From the human T2T-CHM13v2.0 reference genome, Homo sapiens, in assembly GCF_009914755.1 (NCBI RefSeq), contig NC_060941.1: 64,000 bases of DNA; one strand, given 5' to 3'. Made by a program: the position numbers and the translations under genes. Below the pieces are notes generated by a model. That model made no database searches, had not been told where the DNA came from, and saw only the letters and a program-made list of their open reading frames with translations. Positions 16,163-36,020 of this stretch are shown here, one piece after another. The stretch's first letter is position 1. Each line of letters opens with the position of its first letter.

Positions 16163-16959
16163 TTATAAAGCTGAATAAAATGTAAGTTCTGATACCTTCC
16201 TCACTCTACAAAGGATCATTTCGTGCCTCACACTGTTTGCCAGGCCGTGCTGTAGCGCTTTGTCGTAAAATACACACAGATTTCAATGACTTAACGTAGG
16301 AGAAGAATGTAAAATACCTTGTTGACTAAAGAAAAACAGTTAAGCTTTTAAAGAATTAAAGTTAGTTTTATTCAGAAGCCTTACTGAGGACCGTACATCC
16401 TGGCCCCAGCCCAGGAGCTCAAGCGATCCTCCTACCTCAGCCTCTCAAAGTGCTGGAATCACAGGTGTGAGCTACCAGGCCTCTCACCTTGTTCAAAGTT
16501 AAAATCTAATCCACAAACTGCTTAGATTTGTTTTCCTTCATATTTTTATGACTAGATGATCTAACATTTTACACCATTTTTCTGGAAATGTTGTTTATGC
16601 CAGGTGTCTGAACACACATCTTAAAGGGCTCTAACTTTTCTGGGGAGCAGTAGCTTTTTAGCCCAGAGTCTATGACAATGTGACAATGATGAGAGCTGCT
16701 GAGGTTTGCTGCAGTCTCTGGGTGAACGATGCTTTCTAGGGAAACAATGGGGCATAAAACAGACATGGGCTCTCCTGCCTTGAGATTAATCGCGTGAGAT
16801 GGCCCCCTCCCCAACACACAAACATTGTGGGACATGAGGTGCTGGAGACGGGGTTGCTCACCCAGAGCTTAATGGGTCTGTCCACCTTTGTGACCAAGAG
16901 GCCTCTTTTCTTAGAGGCTGAGGGGCCCTGGGATGATGAGGGTAAATCCACTTTTTAGA

Positions 16960-17680
16960 GCAGGAATCTCCAAACCCCAGGCCACGGACCAGTATCAGCA
17001 CCTGTCTGTGGCCTGTTAGGAACCAGGCGGTGCAGCAGGAGGCAAGCAAGGGAGCTAAACTGAGCTCTGCCTGCTGTCAGCAGCAGCACTGGACTCAGAG
17101 GAGTGTGAACCCTGTTGTGAACTGCACATGCGAGGGATCTAGGTTGTGCACTCCTCATGAGAATCTAATGCCTGATGATGGGAGGTGGAATAGTTTCATC
17201 CCGAAACCACTACCCCATCCATCTCTGGAAGAATTTTTTTCCACCACCTGTGGAAAAGTTGTTGACGTGGCTAGACTTTGTGTCTTCACCCACATCTCAT
17301 CTTGAATTGTAATCCCATAATCCCTATAATCCCCACGTGTCGAGGGAGAAGCCAGGTGGAGTAATTGAATCACGGGGATGAGTCCCCCATGCTGTTGTCT
17401 TGATAGTTGTCTCGAGATCTGATGGTTTTATAAGGGGCTCTTCCCCCTTTGCTTGGCACTTTTCCCTTCCTGCCATCTTGTGAAGAAGGTGCCTTGCTTC
17501 CCCTTCACCTCCTGCCATGATTGTAAGTTTCCTGAGGCCTCCCAAGCCATGCTGAACTGTCAATTAAACCTCTTTCCTTTATAAATAACCCAGTCTCGGA
17601 CAGTTCTTTATAGCAGTATGAAAATGGAATAATACATTTGTCTTCCACAAAACCCATCCCTGTTGCCAAAAAGGCTTTAG
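16960..17680. mobile_element. MER1 (hAT-Charlie) DNA transposon split by a MaLR LTR
   Basis: MER1 blocks gcctgttaggaacc and tgcgagggatctaggttg; resumes as gtcttccacaaaacccatccctgttgccaaaaagg after the LTR. Confidence 0.75.
17263..17636 (+). mobile_element. MST/THE1-type ERVL-MaLR solo LTR
   Basis: TGA..ACA termini; atctcatcttgaattgtaatccc and gtaagtttcctgaggcctccc; near-matching 5-bp TSD gttgt/tttgt. Confidence 0.85.
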
Positions 17681-18582
17681 AAAACGCAGTGTGGGTAGGT
17701 GGTGAATAGATGGGAGGAGACTCATGTTTTTGTCATGTAGGAGAGCAGCAAGAGCGCCTCTCAGGAGAAGAGGTTTTTGCTGTGAAATATGGTGCGTGCT
17801 TTTCCATGGCCTATGTAGTGCTCAGCAGATGCCCTAGCATCAATAGGATCCCAAACCCCTTGTTCTGTTTATTACTGGTAGGCAGTTAGGATCGTGTCAG
17901 CCGTGTCTTGAGAACATGCCTTGTGAGTCATGCACCAGATTTGTTAAAGTGTCGGCTCTGTGTAGCTCTGTTGTGCTATGCATAACATCTACTTAAAAAA
18001 TGAGAGCTGACAGCCTCGCTTAGCTTTCTATCCACAAGTCCCCTGCTTAAAGTTCTGGATAAATGTTTCCGTTCCTATGGGAAACCTCCATTATCTCCAT
18101 AAGTAGAGAATGCAGATAGGTATCTTTTTTCTTTTACTGATGGAGACACTAAGGCCCAGTGTGATAAGTTCAAGTGCCCTCCAGGGAAAGGCACAAGCAG
18201 GCCAGGCTCTAGAGTTCCCTAAACAGTAGCTATAGTGCCTGCCCTTTGTCCCTGGCCCCCAAGGTGTCTAGGAAAAGAGGCTCCCGGTCACTGAGGTAGA
18301 CAGACCCCTATGCCTGGTCTCAGCATCCTCACTGTCACCGGCATCTCACTTCCCACATGGTTTCCACGTTGGGGAGGGAGACTACTCACCCCATTAAATG
18401 CGGCTGCTAGGGTCATGTCTGTTTCGCCCCCACTGTTTCCCTAATGCTCAGTAGGTGTTCAATAAATAGTTGTTGGCTTACTCAATGTGTGGACCTCTGG
18501 GGCAAGAGAGAGGGAGGGACACAACGCAGTCCCAGCTGGCCAGGAGCGCTGTGAGCTCAGGAGGTTGCTGTGGGGGAGATGG

Positions 18583-19117
18583 TGAGGTAGGAATTTGGCA
18601 GGACTTGTTTCACAAGATAGAGGTCACAAAGACCCGCTGATAAAACAGGATGTGGTAAAGAAGCCTCCAAACTCCACCAAAAGCAGGATGGTGATGAAAG
18701 CAGCCTCCGCCTGTCCTCACTGCTCCTTATATGCTAATTATAACGCATCAGCTGCCAAAAGACACTCCCACCAGCCATGACAGTCTCCAAATGCTATGGC
18801 CACCCCTGAAAGTTACCCTATGTGGTCTGAAACAGGGAGGAACCCTCAGTTCCGGGAATTGCCCACCCCTTTCCTGGAAAACTCATGAACAGTCCACCCC
18901 TTTTTAGCATACGATTAAGAAATTACCATAAAAGCCAACTGGCACCCCTCAGGGCTGCTCTGCCTATGACGTAGTCACGCTTTTATTCCTTTACTTCCTT
19001 CATAAACCTGTTTTCACTTCATTCTGTTGGCTCACTTTTGAGTTCCTTCCCGTGGGAAGCCAGGAACCCACGTGGTCTCACAGGCTGAGTCCTACTTTGG
19101 GGGTTTGCCCTGTGACA
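18583..19117 (+). mobile_element. MER41-family (ERV1) solo LTR with tandem GAS motifs
   Basis: TG..CA termini; 4-bp TSD ATGG; MER41 blocks ggtcacaaagacc..gctgataaaacagga and tatatgctaattataa; TTCCGGGAA and TTCCTGGAA. Confidence 0.85.
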
Positions 19118-19538
19118 ATGGGAACAGCCCAGTGGTCTGCCACCCTCCAGAGCCGACCTGTCCCTTTTCCTTTACCTTCATCGGCTCCCAGGAATCAGGT
19201 AGAAAAGGGTGAGGTGGTTTTTCTTGCCCAGGAGGCTCAGGGGCAGTGCTGCTGGGCTGCACTGGGTTCCTGTAACTCATCACTGCAGGAGTTGATGTCC
19301 TAGATAGAAGTGACCTCGATCTGATCCAAGGGACCATCCCCTAAAAGTGACTTCCTGCCAGAAGTCTCCACCCATCCGTAGGTATTAAAGGGTGAACACT
19401 GTTCATTTCTAGGCACAGCCCTGCCTAAACCCAACTGGCTGGGGCAAGGCACCTTGCTGAGCGCTGCCTGAACTCACCTCACTGCTGTCTTGACTCTCAG
19501 ACCCTGCACTGGCTGGTCAGAGTCTAGCACACGTGCAG

Positions 19539-21495
<1,957 letters not shown>

Positions 21496-21512
21496 AAAGA
21501 AAAACTTCAGCC

Positions 21513-22594
21513 TGTTGCAGGAAGCCAGGGACCCCGAATGGAGGGACCAGCTGAAGCCACAGCAGAAGAACATAAATTGTGAAGATTTCATGGACATTTA
21601 TTAATTCCCCAAATTAATACTTTTATAATTTCTTACGCCTATCTTTACTGCAGTCTCTGAACATAAATTGTGAAGATTTCATGGACATCACTTCCCCAAT
21701 CAATACTGTTATAATCTCCTATACCTGTCTTTACTTTAATCCCTTAATGCCATCATCTTCATAAGCTGAGGATGTCTGTCCCCTCAGGACCCTGTGATGA
21801 TTGCGTTAACTGCACAAATTGTTTGTAAAACGTGTGTTTGAACAATACGAAATCTGGGCATCCTAAAAAAGAACAGGGTAACAGTGACTTTCAGGGAACA
21901 AGGAAGATAACCATAAGGTCTGACTGCCTGCGGGGCTGGGCAGAACAGAGTCATATTTTTCTTCTTGCAGAGAGCAAATAGGAGAAATATTGCTGAATTC
22001 TTTTCCCAGCAAGGAATAACCCTGGAAAAGGAATGCATTCCCAGGGGGAGGCCTCTAAAATGGCCACTCTGGGAGTGTCTGTTTTATGTGGTTGAAGATA
22101 AGGGATGAAATACACCTTGGTCTCCTGTAGTGCCCTCAGGCTTGCTAGGATTAGGAAATTCCAGCCTGGCAAATTGTAGTCAGACCGGTTGTCTGCTCTC
22201 AAACCCTGTTTCCTGTTAAGATGTTTGTCAAGACAATGCATGCCCAGTGGGACATGGAACCTCATCAGTAATTCTGATTTCACCCTGGCCTTGTGATCTT
22301 GCTCTGCCCTTCTGCCCTTGTGATCTTTTATTGCCCTTTGAAGCATGTGATCTTTGTGACTTACTCCTTGTTCGTACCCCCTCCCCTTTTGAAACCCCTA
22401 ATAAAAACTTTCTGGTTTTGTGGCTCAAGGAGCATCACGGAATCTACCAATAGGTGATGTCACCCCCCAGAGGCCCAGCTGTAAAATTTCTGTCTTTTGT
22501 ACTCTTTCTCTTTATTTCTCAGACCAGCCAATACTTAGGGAAAATAGAAAAGAACCTACGTTGAAATATTTATTGGAGGCTGGTTCCCCTGATA
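21513..22594 (+). mobile_element. MER11-family (ERVK/HERV-K11) LTR
   Basis: Starts tgttgcaggaagccagggaccccgaa; internal duplicated gaacataaattgtgaagatttcatggacat; ends ggctggttcccctgata. Confidence 0.85.
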
Positions 22595-23031
22595 GTATGA
22601 GCTTCAGCTTGCAAGGCCTCAGGGAAAATGTGGTAGCAATTTCATTCAGTCCACATCAGAAAGATGGAAGAAGATTTTGAAAATGTTAGTTTGGAGATTT
22701 GTAGCCAGATAAGAATGGAGGATTCATCACAAATTGTAGAAAATAATAAAAACTGAAAAAACAATGGACAAGGCTGGAAACTAACAACAAGTGAACTATA
22801 GTATTCTTTCTTTAAAAAAATTATTGTAGGGAAGAAGTCTTGCTATGTCACCCAAGCTGGTATTGAACTTCTGGCCCCAAGCAATCCTCCCACCCAGCCT
22901 GTAGTTTTCTTTTGAAACATAATTTTTCTGTCTCCAGTTTCCCATTGTTATCAAGAAGAAATCATAGTAAGACCAATATATTGGTAAAATAAGTTTTAGT
23001 CTTATTACACTTGGCCCGATTATTTGCATAA

Positions 23032-23280
<249 letters not shown>

Positions 23281-26026
23281 TGAGTATTTTTTGTATTTTT
23301 GGTACAGATAGGGTTTTGCCATGTTGCTCAGACTGGTCTCAAACTCCTGACCTCAGGAGATCTGCCCACCTCAGCCTCCCAAAGTGCTGGTATTACGGGC
23401 ATGAGCCACTGCACCTGGCCTTATTTATTTTTGATGCAGGGTCTCACTCTGTTGCCCAGGCTGGAGTGTAGTGGTGTGATCATAGCTCACAATGACCTTG
23501 AACGCCTATGCTCAAGTGGTCTTCCAACCTCAGTCTCCCAAGTAGCTTGGATGAGAGAAACATATCATTACACTGGGCTTTGTTGTTGTTGTTGTTGTTT
23601 TGAGAGATGGAGTCTTACTATGTTGCACAGTCTGGTTTTGAACTCCTGGCCTCAAGCAATCCTCCTGCCTTGATCTCCCAAAGTATTGGGATTACAGGCT
23701 TGAGCTACCATGACTGGCCAAGGTCAGACTTTGTAAAAGCCTCTTGAGCCAAGCCAAGGATTTATCTGTGCCTGCAGATACCTGTATGAGTTGGGAGCCA
23801 AGCCAAGGATTTATCTGTGCCTACAGATACCTGTATAAGTTGGATGACTTATTCTAGAGGTCTCAAAATATATTTTGAGATTCCTGGGCCTAATCAGAAA
23901 ATGACATTCTTTACTTAACACAGGTCAGGAAGCTTGCAGGGGAACCACTGAGTCAAGGTACCAGGCCAGTCTTTTCAACTGTCTTTTTTTCAGCTCTATA
24001 AGTTAACCTCAATTCCTCAAAACAGTCCAGTCATATCTAAAATATGCCATTCTAGTCAATGCCTTGGTAAAATAATCAGTGTCTCCAACTGTGTCCTGTT
24101 ATGAAAGACAACAGATTCTTACTGACCTTATGCAAATAACTATATTGCCATAAATTAGGAATACTCACAAATAGTTTTCAAACTTGGAGACATCAGATGA
24201 AGAGAAAGAAATATGCTTCAAATTTTGCTCACAAGAATATACTTCACTCAATTGTTAAAAGCTATAAATAGCTCAAGAGAAAATAGTTTGTCAAATATCA
24301 AAGGTTTAAAACACTTCATATCACAAAATAGGATCATAGGTCACTGTAAAATGGTCATTGAGCCACAATGATAATTGAAATACTTCAAAAAGCAAAAATT
24401 ATATACTCTTTAATAGAGTCAGTTTCCCAAACAATCATAAACCTAATAAATTCAGGCTGGGCACGGTGGCTCATGCCTGTAATACCGGCACTTTGGGAGG
24501 CTGAGGCCAGTGGATCACCTGAGGTCAGGAGTTCGAGACCAGCCTGGGCAACAGGGCGAAACCCCATCTCTACTGAAATTACAAAAATTGGCCAAGCGTG
24601 GTGGTGCATGCCTGTAATCCCAGCTACTCAGGAGGCTGAGGCAGGAGAATCACTTGAACCTGGGAGGTGGAGGTTGCAGTGAGCCAAGATTATGTCACAG
24701 TACTCCAGCCTAGGTGACAGAGCAAGACTCCATCTGAAAAAAAATTCAAAAGCCAAAAAACTAATAAATGCAGCATGAGGCCACTGAATCTGTCTGCCTC
24801 CCTCACCTATTTTGTTTTGTTTTTTGAAGTTTACTCAAAAGGTAAACAAACATCGTGTACTCTTATTACACAAAAATTTTGTTGAAAAAGGAAACCAAAT
24901 TTTACATTTGCATTAGTGTTTTATTAATAATAAAGCTAATTTTAATAAAATTTTATAAACAAATCCATCCATTCTTAACCAGTTTGACCACAAGATTTTT
25001 ATAAACCTTTTATAACCTTTGACAATTTTCCATTTTCTTTTTCAACTTTCTATATACATTTAGTTTTATCTATCATTTTTAAATTCCCTCAGTGTAAAAC
25101 TTAACTAGGCAAAATTAATATCCCTTTAACAAAAACTACAATGGTATGGCTTCTTATAACCTCCTTTACTAAAAACACGTTTTACTTTCCTCATATATTT
25201 TGCATATAGAAATGTTTTTCTTATATCTAGTAGTTTTATTTACTTATTTATTTTTGAGACGGAGTCTCACTGTGTAGCCCAGGCTGGAGTTTTAATTACA
25301 TATATTAATTATGATGTGAACTCTTAGTAACACTTATTTTTAGAGAAAAACCTGGAAGGTCAGCAATTTTAATAATGTGCTGGATGCAGAGCCCAGGACA
25401 AAGGACAGTGCCTGCAGCTATGCCTCCACATGGCTGAGGTGGGACGATTGCTTGAGCCCAGGAAACAAAGATTGCAGTGAGCCAAGATCTCACCACTGAA
25501 CTCTCACCTGGGTGACAGAAAAAGACTCTGTTTCAAAAAATTAAAATAATAAGCAACAGTTTTATGACTTTAAAACATTTAGGTGACAGAATCTGACCAA
25601 ACAGACCATTAGACTTAGACAAAAATGTCTAAGTTAAATTCTGAAGACATTTTACTGTCCTGTTTTACCAATAGTTTAGAACCCTATTTACCAAAGATTG
25701 CTAGAGTCACCTGAACTAGAACTCATTTGAGTTAACGTTTCTGTTTTTCTGATAAAATATTTGATTTAAGTGCTTACCTTTTCCTTAAGCCAATTAATTA
25801 GAGCTCTTTCATGTATTTTGGTAGTGAAACATGACATACACATGACATACGTAAACACATAGACATACAAACACACAAACAGAAGCAGATCTTATAGACT
25901 CATAAGATTCTTCATTTGCCATTTTTCAAATAGTTTCTCTCCCTCACTTCAGACTATTAATCTCTTAACTGTTTCATGCCCTAAACAATTGTGAGGGAAC
26001 TGTAAATTTTCATCTCCAAAAACATG

Positions 26027-26210
26027 ACTCGGCAGGTTGAGGCAGGAGAATCAGGCAGGGAGGTTGCAGTGAGCAGAGATGGCGGCAGTACAGTCCAGCT
26101 TTGGCTCGGCATCAGAGGGAGACCGTGGAAAGAGAGGGAGAGGGAGACCATGGGGAGAGGGAGACGGAGAGGGAGACGGAGAGGGAGAGGGAGAGGGAGA
26201 GGGAGAGGGC
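26027..26210 (-). mobile_element. SVA 5' fragment ((CCCTCT)n plus start of the Alu-like domain)
   Basis: Minus strand reads (ccctct)n..ccacggtctccctctgatgccgagccaaagctggactgtactg, the diagnostic SVA 5' end. Confidence 0.88.
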
Positions 26211-26420
26211 CTGTTTCTTAATTAGATGACTAGATAAATTAGATTACCCTGAAGAGTAGAGCCCTTTAATGAAAAGAGGAAAGAAAGCATGGTGTTTTTA
26301 GGGCCTAATCTTTAAATACGCATAAAGCAGGCACAGCTGGAAGGCAGAGCACAGATCCTCCAAAATCAAAGATCCCATTTTTACACCAAATCCTGGGTCC
26401 CAGAAAGAAGAGAGCAGTGT

Positions 26421-26770
26421 GGGACTGGCCGGTGCAATGCTCCCACGGTACATTTCATCTCCTCACAGGACTGAAAGGTGTGATCCTCCCACGGTGCATT
26501 TCATCTCGGCACGGGACTGGACGGCGTGATGCTCCCACGGTACATTTCATCTCCTCACAGGACTGAACGGTGTGATCCTCCCACGGTACATTTCATCTCA
26601 GCACGGGACTGGACGGCGTGATGCTCCCACAGTGCATTTCATTTTGTCATGGGACTGGACAGTACAGTGCATTTGATTTCAGCACAGGACTGGACCGGGC
26701 AATACCCCCACAGTGCATTTCATTTTGTCATGGGACGGGATGGTGTGATGCTCCCCACAGTGCATTTCAT
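26421..26770. repeat. Minisatellite of about 45-47 bp, about 8 units
   Basis: Repeated ggactg..gatgctcccacggtacatttcat units. Confidence 0.85.
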
Positions 26771-26821
26771 TGTAAGGACATTCCCTGGAGGCTGGTGGGC
26801 AACCCAGAGCTCTAACTCAAC

Positions 26822-27352
26822 AGTAGAGTAGGTTAGTTGCTGGCCACTTGCAGAGTCCAATTATTTAGAATGAGGCCTGGCACAAATAAGGTTATTTATT
26901 CCAAAGGTAGCTTGGGGAAGTGGCACAGGCATCTGTCTTGCATTTAGCTGTCCCACTTTGCTTTTGGAACAGAAAGTGGGCACTTCTAAAAGACAGGGGA
27001 GGAAGTGAGCAGGGGCAGGAGTGGGTTCATGCTAGCTCCAGTGCCTTATCAGGTGGTCGAGCTTGTGACTGCTGGCACTTTTGTGGGCAGACCATTATCT
27101 CTCCAAGCCACTCCCTGATGGGGGAGTTCCATAGCAGGCATGCTTTGGTCTGTAAATCAACTGTTAACTCTCCAGGAGTTAGATGCACTTGCCGGGGGGA
27201 TCTCGAGGGACTGTCTGGTGAAGGAGGGGAGAAAAGGCTAGATTTGCATACCTAAAGGGCTAAGTAGGAAGTCAGGAACTGGGAAAAGGAGAAAAAAAGA
27301 GAGGAAAAAAATAATTAAACATCTTTTAGAAAAATGGGGGTACTCGGAAACA
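26822..27352 (-). mobile_element. ERV1-type LTR, subfamily uncertain
   Basis: Minus strand starts tgtttccgagtacccccatttttctaaaag, resembling MER4-group LTR starts. Confidence 0.5.
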
Positions 27353-27432
27353 AAGCCAGTTATCCCAATCTGTGGTCAGCCTATCGCCCGTGGAGTCGTA
27401 TCCCTTGGTGGGCTGTGTTTTCATAGCCTCTA

Positions 27433-28248
<816 letters not shown>

Positions 28249-28681
28249 TTGGTGCCCCAAACCATGCTTTTTGTCACCCCCTGTAGTAATAACCATTTTC
28301 TGTAAGCAACTGCCATCAGCCACCTCTAAAACTGTATCTCTTGCCTAGCCATTACGCAAACCACGGTCAAGTTTTCTCACAATACAGGGTCATTTTTGGT
28401 ATCTCTGAAAAGCCAAAGAAATCGGGTAATACTGTGCAAAAGAGAGCGGAGCGTTAGACCTCAGGAGACTCTCCATGTGGTGCTTGAAACTCCACAAGGA
28501 AAGCAGAAGACCTCCAACCAACGGTGAGTGGCATCTTTTTTTTCTGAGTTCCTTAAGGGGTTTGGGTCATTAGAAATCTCTAGATCTCTTTACATGGTAC
28601 TGAATATGGCAGCGGAAGCAGGAGTGGGGCGGAGTAAAAGTATATGGGAGAACAATTTTTTTTAAATGAAGCGAACAGAGG

Positions 28682-29048
28682 TGTCAGAGGCGTTCGAACC
28701 AGAGTGACTCCATCTTGAACAGGGTCTGGGTAAAATAAGGCTGAGGCCCACTGGGCTGCATTCCCAGGAGGTTAGGCACTCTTAGTCAGAGGATGAGATA
28801 GGAGGTTGGCACAAAATATAGGTCACAAAGACCTTGCTGATAAAACAGGATGCGATGAAGAAGCCAGCCGGAACCCACCAAAACCAGGATGGCGATGGAA
28901 GTGACCTCTGCCTGTCCTCGCTGCTCATTATATGCTAATTATAATGTGTTAGCATGCAAAAAGACACTCCTACCAGCGCCATGATGGTTTACAAATGCCA
29001 TGGCAATGTCAGGAAGTTACCCCGTGTGGTCTAAAAAGAGAGGGAATC
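28682..29048 (+). mobile_element. MER41 (B-like) LTR 5' portion, truncated at an Alu
   Basis: Starts tgtcagaggcgttcgaaccagagtgactccatcttgaa; ends just before the GAS region. Confidence 0.85.
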
Positions 29049-29053
29049 GGTCA

Positions 29054-29474
<421 letters not shown>

Positions 29475-29884
29475 CTAACTCACATTTCTGTTCAGCTGTA
29501 TTCTCTAGGGTCTCAGCTTCTCAGCTGACCACCTGCACATAAGGGTCCAAAAGCCCTGTGTCCCAAAGACAGAAGGCAGGAAATCAAAAGCTGTTCATGG
29601 AAGGGATAAGGATCAATAAATGGAAGCCAGTAGGGACTGATTCCCTGATCAGGAGGCAAACCCAAGCCGCAGTGAGAATTTTAAATACCAGACTCCAAAA
29701 TGGAGTAGCTTCCATTGTTAATCCCACATGGAATCCAAAGTGTGCAGTTTGGTTGTTTTGTTTGTTTGTTTTTGTTGTTGTTTTAATTTTTTTAAGAGAT
29801 AGGGTCTCACTGAGTAGCCCAGGCTGGAGTGAAGTGGTGCAATCATAGCTCACTGCAGCCTCAACCTCATGGGCTCCAGCGAAA

Positions 29885-30753
<869 letters not shown>

Positions 30754-30754
30754 A

Positions 30755-32875
<2,121 letters not shown>

Positions 32876-33491
32876 TTAATTCTATGTTGTGTGAATTTCG
32901 CCTCAATATTTAAAATGAAAAAGAAAAAAGTCAATAGATGTGACTTAGCTGGGTTATATTTGAGGTGTCTAGACATCCAAGTGGAGCTGTCAGGTAGGCA
33001 GTTGTAAAACACAACAGGAGTGACCAGTTTTACCAGCTCTTATGGAAATAGCTGCTTCCTGCCATTCCCCACCCAGCCCACTGCACGCACTGTTGCGGCC
33101 CAGAGGTGGGCGTGAGGGCTCTGCTGCCACTCATCCTCATCCACAGCCAGCCACGCTGCAGAGCCACCCAGCCAGAGACACCTACTCTGGTCTCCAGCTA
33201 GGATGTTGAGGACCTGTTTCGAATGTCTTGGAAGAAGTCCTGGAATCCTCCCAGCCCCCAGGTACAAGAGTGAAGACGCATACGCTCCCTGTTTATACAC
33301 CCTGACCCTTTATTTACATCCACCCATGGCAGGGGAGTCAGGTAGAGGCCCCCTTCCTCGATCAACCTAAACTCCTGATCTTGGGGTTTTCTTGTGAGGG
33401 TCTGATTTTTATTCTTCTAGGGCCTCACGCCTCCATCTTCTTCTGGTGCCAACATCATGATTTCAAGGCAAAGCTTTTCCCCAACTCCCTA

Positions 33492-33869
<378 letters not shown>

Positions 33870-34101
33870 TCACTGATCACTGCCACGGGGCACAGAGCCC
33901 CTGGGTGGTGCCGTCCTGGTGCCTGCTGGCCCCTGTCCCCCAGGTCCCCCTTCTGAGTTTTTCCAGGGATACCCTAACCTAACCTGGCCAGATTACTAGA
34001 GGTGCTGCTTTATTGGCTCTGGATATGTGTATGCAGCTGCAATTCTGTGTGATATAGATGACCTGCCAGTGGGGCCCTCCTGAAGATGCCATAGTGATTA
34101 A

Positions 34102-34278
<177 letters not shown>

Positions 34279-34479
34279 TAAAATTATTTTTTGTAGAGAC
34301 AGGGTCTTCCTGTGTTGCCCAGGCTGGTCTCGAACTCTTGGCCTCAAGCAATCCTCCCTCCTCAGCCTCTCAATGCACTGGGGTTACAGGCATGAGCCAC
34401 TGCACCTAGCCTAAGATATGGTTTTTGACCTCAGAAAACACAGGGTCCTTCAGGGTTGTGGCTTCCTTGACTGTTTCTT

Positions 34480-34830
34480 TTTATTTTATTTTATTTTAGG
34501 TTCCGGGATACATGTGCAGAATGTGCAGGTTTGTTACATAAGTAGACATGTGCCATGGTGGTTTGCTACACCTGTCAACCCATCACCTAGGTTTTAAGCC
34601 CCACGTGCATTAGCTATTTGTCCTGATGCTCTCCCTCCACTCCCCCTACCATAGGCCCCAGTGTGTGTTGTTCCCCTCCCTGTGTCCATGTGTTCTCATT
34701 GTTCAGCTCCCACTTATGAGTGAGAACATGCAGTGTTTGGGTTTCTGTTCCCATGTTAGTTTGCTGAGAATGATGGCTTCCAGCTTCATCCATGTCTCTG
34801 CAAAGGCCCTTCATTCCTTTCTATGGCTGC
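34480..34830 (-). mobile_element. L1PA 3' end fragment
   Basis: atacatgtgcagaatgtgcaggtttgttacat..cccacttatgagtgagaacatg. Confidence 0.88.
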
Positions 34831-35349
34831 ACCTTGACTATTTCTATGGCTATTTCTGTTCTTAGGGAGGCTCCTCCCATCTCCAGTGCATTCTTCTGCC
34901 CCCCTCTTTTACTGGGAATGACGGCATTTCTTTGCGTTTTCTGTAACTAGAATTCTCTGTGTGGCTGGCACAGTGTGATGAGCTGGCAAGCTTCCCCACT
35001 GTGGGGGAGGGCTTATCATGAGGTCTGCTGGAGGAAACTAAGAGAGCTGAGCCTTAGGGGCTTAAATGAACTGCCCGAGGGGAAGCTGACACCCAGTGGG
35101 GCTGTAACCCTGGTTGGAGAGTTCATGTCTGCACCTGGCCTCGGCCTGTGTTCTCACTTGCTCTGCCCAACTGGCTGTGCCTTCAGCCGGCTCATCACCA
35201 GGAGATTTGGGTTGGAGCTACTGCTCAGCCACCATGAGCTACATGACCTTGAAGGCCGATCTTTGATTGTCCGCAGGATAATCCTGAAGGTTCTCAGGCC
35301 ATGGACCTGTGAATTTCCCTTCTTTCAGTGTCTGCATCATTGGGAACCA

Positions 35350-36020
35350 AGCCCCTAACCAATGTTTATTCATTCGCTCAACCAATATTTGTGGAATATC
35401 ACAGCCCTAGGGGTGGGGACACAGCAGGGAACAAGAAAGACAAGAATTATTGTCCTCAGTAGGTTACTGTGGAGTGGGGAGGCTGGCAGGAAGCCACGTA
35501 ACTAGAATACACGTTAGGTCAAGGCAGTATTCCCACAGAGAAGATGGAACAGGGAAGGGGAGTGAAGGCCAGGATGGGAGGTCTACGGACTTAAGTAGGA
35601 TGATCTGGGAAGTAGCATTTGAGTAGAGTCTGGAAGGAGGGATGGGAAAGAGTGTTCCAGGCAGTGGGAACAGCAGGTGCAAAGGCCCTGGGGCAGAAGT
35701 GTGCCTGGACTGTCAAGACTGTTGGGCTGTGTGTCTGGAGCAGGTAAAAGAGAGATAAGGTCAGCAAGGACCTGATAAGCAGAGCCTCATGGTCACGCTG
35801 AGGACTCCAGGACCTGTACACCGAAGGGAATGACAGGAGCTGACTCATGCCCTAGCAGGACTTCTCTGCCTGCTGTGTTGAGCGCTGGTGATGGGGGCGT
35901 GGGAAGAAGTTAGGAGCCATTACAGAGGTCCCGGTGGGCCATGATCAGGACACCACAATGCAGGTGGTGAGAATGGATCGGATTCTAGACATATCTCAAG
36001 GTGGAGGACCAAGACTTTCA
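35350..36020 (-). mobile_element. L2 fragment
   Basis: ttcattcgctcaaccaatattt..ccaggcagtgggaacagcaggtgcaaaggccctgggg. Confidence 0.65.

Noticed and set aside
23746-23843. Two-copy 49-bp duplication (and a similar 66-bp-period pair at about 52520-52635)
   Set aside because: Ordinary local tandem duplications with no motif or splice consequence seen.
26421-26770. CRISPR-like appearance of regularly spaced repeats (also 51010-51241 and 59538-59825)
   Set aside because: Head-to-tail minisatellites with no unique spacers and no cas genes, in human DNA.
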